Shown here: positions 60,701 through 64,000 of the stretch, piece after piece | Layout: every line of letters starts with the position of its first letter | Position numbering within the stretch: position 1 is the first letter of the stretch | Assembly: GCA_977020255.1 (NCBI GenBank) | Contig: CDROCS010000960.1 | Span: 558,001-622,000 of the forward strand | DNA length: 64,000 bases | DNA from: Obrimoposthia wandeli | Lineage: Eukaryota | Direction: 5' to 3' | Translations under genes and position numbers: made by a program | The notes under the pieces: model-generated | What the model was told of the DNA's origin: nothing | Database searches by the model: none | What the model saw: the letters and a program-made list of their open reading frames with translations, nothing else

Positions 60701-63700
60701 ATACAAAATCAGAAGCGAAATTAGCAAAAGACCGCCAACTATGTACTGACGCTAACCTAGAGAAGAGAGCAACCTAAAGCAACGGAAAAAGGCATCAGAC
60801 GTCTGTGTGGAAAGAAACATAAAAGGAGGAAAGCAGCTATTTCCTCAACGATTGTTGGGTGATCATGATAAACAACGACTACACGAGGGAGAACTCGACC
60901 AAGGAAGACGCACCAGATGGTGAACCAGTGAAGAAGAGGTGAGAAGTATAAAGCAATCACACAAATTGATTAAAGAAATTGGATCTACGTGATCAAGCAA
61001 TACATATTAGTTCAGTACTGAAAATATTGCTTCTTCATTTTATAAAATAATATCAAAGTGTCTAAGTAAACTGTACGAAGATTATTTAAAAGCAAGTAGC
61101 AAAGTAGGACTGTGTGAGTAAAATGGTCACCCTATTTGCCGGAATTTTTGTAGTTCTACAACCGTTGTATTCTATAATATCTTTGGAAGTTTTGTTAAAA
61201 ATAAACCTAGTAGTTAAGTTATTTACGAATTTCATAATCAAAGAAAGGCATTTGCTTGATAGCCAGCCATTAACGTATAGGCTAGCCTAGAGTTAAACCC
61301 GTATATTCAGAAGAGCATCGTTAGCGTCGCTGGCTCCGGCTCTGATCATATATTTAGGGTCTTCTGTTTGGCTTCAGACCCTATTGAAAGTGTAAAATCT
61401 AAGCAACTCAACCGACTAATCATCTGTAAGCCTACAATACATAACATTAGTTTTAGGTCCCTTCTAGTTATCCTTAAACAGAACTCCTTGAACATACCAC
61501 AAAACAACAAACGTAGAACCTTCCAGACGGAGACACAAAATCAGAAGAGTAAGAATAGTTAGGCCACATCCATCTGTAAGCCGTTTCCTTCTGTTATAGA
61601 ACTCACTTTGGGGCCTTGTACGAGGATCTAATAGCAGTTTCGATTAGAAATCCCAACATTTTCATAGTATTAATTTATATTTTTACAATATTAAGCATAT
61701 TTTTATTAGTTGACTTCAGTAACGGCGAATCTAACCCCATTCCAAACAAAAATTTGTAAACAGTTACCTTTTCCATACTTTATATTGCTGCTTCTCTAAA
61801 AAATGCCTACTTCACTCTTGAATCACGTGATCACCGATGTTTGTCTTGTAAAATTTTAAGACATTGAAACTCTTTTCATGGCTAACATTTTAAAAGTAAA
61901 TTTGTAATTTTAATGCAATATAAAAGCTTAAAAAAAAATTAACAAAGAAATTCTAAAAAAATTTATATTTTTTAAAACTCTGGTTTGTGACGCAAATTTC
62001 GAAAATACAAAATGCATAATGAATGGAAAAATCAAAACATGTTGTTATAATTGCGTACATTGATATTGTAGTTTTTTCAGTAGTGAGGTATTTTCTTTTT
62101 GATGACTGTTGCATGTCTTATCATTTTATTGATTAGACAATCTATTTAAAGCCATCGAGGATACAAAAAAAATTCTTGATTTTACTTAAAATTAATATTT
62201 ACACCGACTATATAAAGCCTCTTTACTTTAATGCTTTTACTAAGTTCTTTTATATGTGTTGAGCTTTAAGTCAAATATCAATTTATTATACACACAATGA
62301 AAATTCATTTAGTGTGCGAATTTTATATGTCTAGAAATTCTTTCTTTAAAGTTTAATTAATAATTCGTTTTAATTTAAAAAATCACATTTTTGTGGATAA
62401 TTTTTATCACGAAAGTTAAAAGTTTCGAGCATATATGAAATAATCGACATTTCATTACTATTTATGTAGTTCAGATTTTGATCTATGGTCTTCCTTAAAA
62501 AGTTATTTTAAAAAGGTGAATTTTACATAAAATTAATATTTTTAAACTATTATTCTTTTTTGTGGGTCACTACATACAATACATTTTAATAAGTAGCTTT
62601 TATATTTTGGAAAATCATTTTAAATTTTTGTTACTGTTATGTTTCTTTAAATTTAACTCTAACATATGCAAATAATATAGGCTCAGTTTTATTTTCATTC
62701 ATTTTCAATTGTCTTGATTTCCTCATCATTATTATCAAAATCAAATGACAAAACTTGTGTATTGTTGTACAAAGGTGGAAATAAATATTATATTTATAAA
62801 TACTGTTATGATTAACAAAGGATAAATCGACAATAGATTTGAACCAAGAATTGAACTTAAAAGATCACTAACTACACCAAGGACTTTTTTCAAAACCATC
62901 AAACAAATTTCCTCTTACAGAATGTAAATTTGCATTGCAAATGTTCAAGTTGTACTTTTTGACTCATCATAGTCAGGCTAATGACAGGACACGACATATC
63001 TGTATACTCAAAATTCAATACAAGATTAGAAATTGTTTGTCTGTCAAAAAAATGAAAAATTTTAAAGTTACATAACTTGTTGAAAATTTGATGAGTAAAT
63101 TTGACGGCCATAAATAAATATTTAAAATCTGATATCAAAATACAAAAGCAATTTGGAAAGTGTATAGCTTACTTTACAGATTTTCATCTATTAATAAAAT
63201 GTATGCTCAAATTGAGGGCAACGATTCTCAATTTCTGAATTAATTGAAACCACCAAAATGTTTTGATTAATTTTTCTGTTATGTTCGATGGGTTTATAGG
63301 TTGTTATACAAATTTAGTATTTATTAGAACAACTTCTCAGGAAGCATAATTCAAACTTTCCCTATTTAAGCACCTTTTTTTAATTGTATTTTACGTTTTG
63401 TTGTTCACTCAAATTTCAAATGCAGAATGATTCTGAGAAAAGCAAAAGTCGATAAATTGAAAATACAGTTTGACTGGATTTAATCTAGAAGCGAAATAAT
63501 GATCCACCGTAGTGGATTTTCTGTGTCAAATCGAGCGGGTTGAAAGACTGAATTCTTGCTTGATTTGATCTACAGTAAAGCTGGTTAGGTCAACGACATC
63601 CCAGAACAAGTTGGCGCAGACCTTTTCTGCGATTTGATGGTAGACTGGCTTGCTTCATGGGAAATAAATTATCCTCTCCGATCAGCCAATATCACGGATA

Positions 63701-64000
63701 TACCTCGGCGTGATCGTCTCCTAAAGTCGGCTAAAGTACGGTGAAAGGAAAAGAGAATGACGATAACTCAATTACTCACAAACCTCAGAGTCTTTAAATT
63801 GAATTAATCAATCATTCAGTCGTCTTGCAGAATCTCTATGAAATTATTGGTTCTTGGTAATGTTGCCTATTTCCATCTCTCACCTTGTTATGTACCTTAC
63901 ACTCAAATCATGTCTAAATGAATACGGTGACGCCGGTGATAACGCAAAATTCTATCACTTTCAGGAGATTCATTTATATCGAAGTTTACCGAGTCGCACA

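Noticed and set aside
59000-64000. GC-richer patches and short ORFs in the last 5 kb (including a YLGVIV word near 63700)
   Set aside because: Probably old retroelement debris, but no motif series strong enough to annotate

Overview
AT-rich eukaryotic (probably invertebrate animal) repeat-rich DNA dominated by Polinton/Maverick (adintovirus-like) sequence. (1) 1319-13731 is a full-length 12,413-bp Polinton with AGTAG...CTACT termini, a perfect 6-bp TSD (ATAATC) and TIRs. It carries pPolB, integrase-chromodomain, packaging ATPase, major and minor capsid proteins, an adenain-like protease whose ATG sits on a 5-nt exon before a 38-nt intron, a DEDD-like nuclease and an unexpected divergent TATA-binding-protein homologue. 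(2) 36256-48361 is a 12,106-bp element with related termini and its own 6-bp TSD (CAGCCA) but no recognisable Polinton genes. It is a giant imperfect palindrome (about 5-kb arms) around one spliced gene for an unknown 203-aa protein, and is almost the same length as the gene-bearing element, suggesting a packaged satellite or snap-back derivative. (3) Older, divergent Polinton relics (capsid module, polB x2, ATPase) are scattered among Gypsy, BEL/Pao, L2/CR1-like LINE and Tc1/mariner debris. One intact intronless gene encodes three tandem kinase-like domains. All calls come from reading motifs by eye; no database searches were run, so novelty is unverified.
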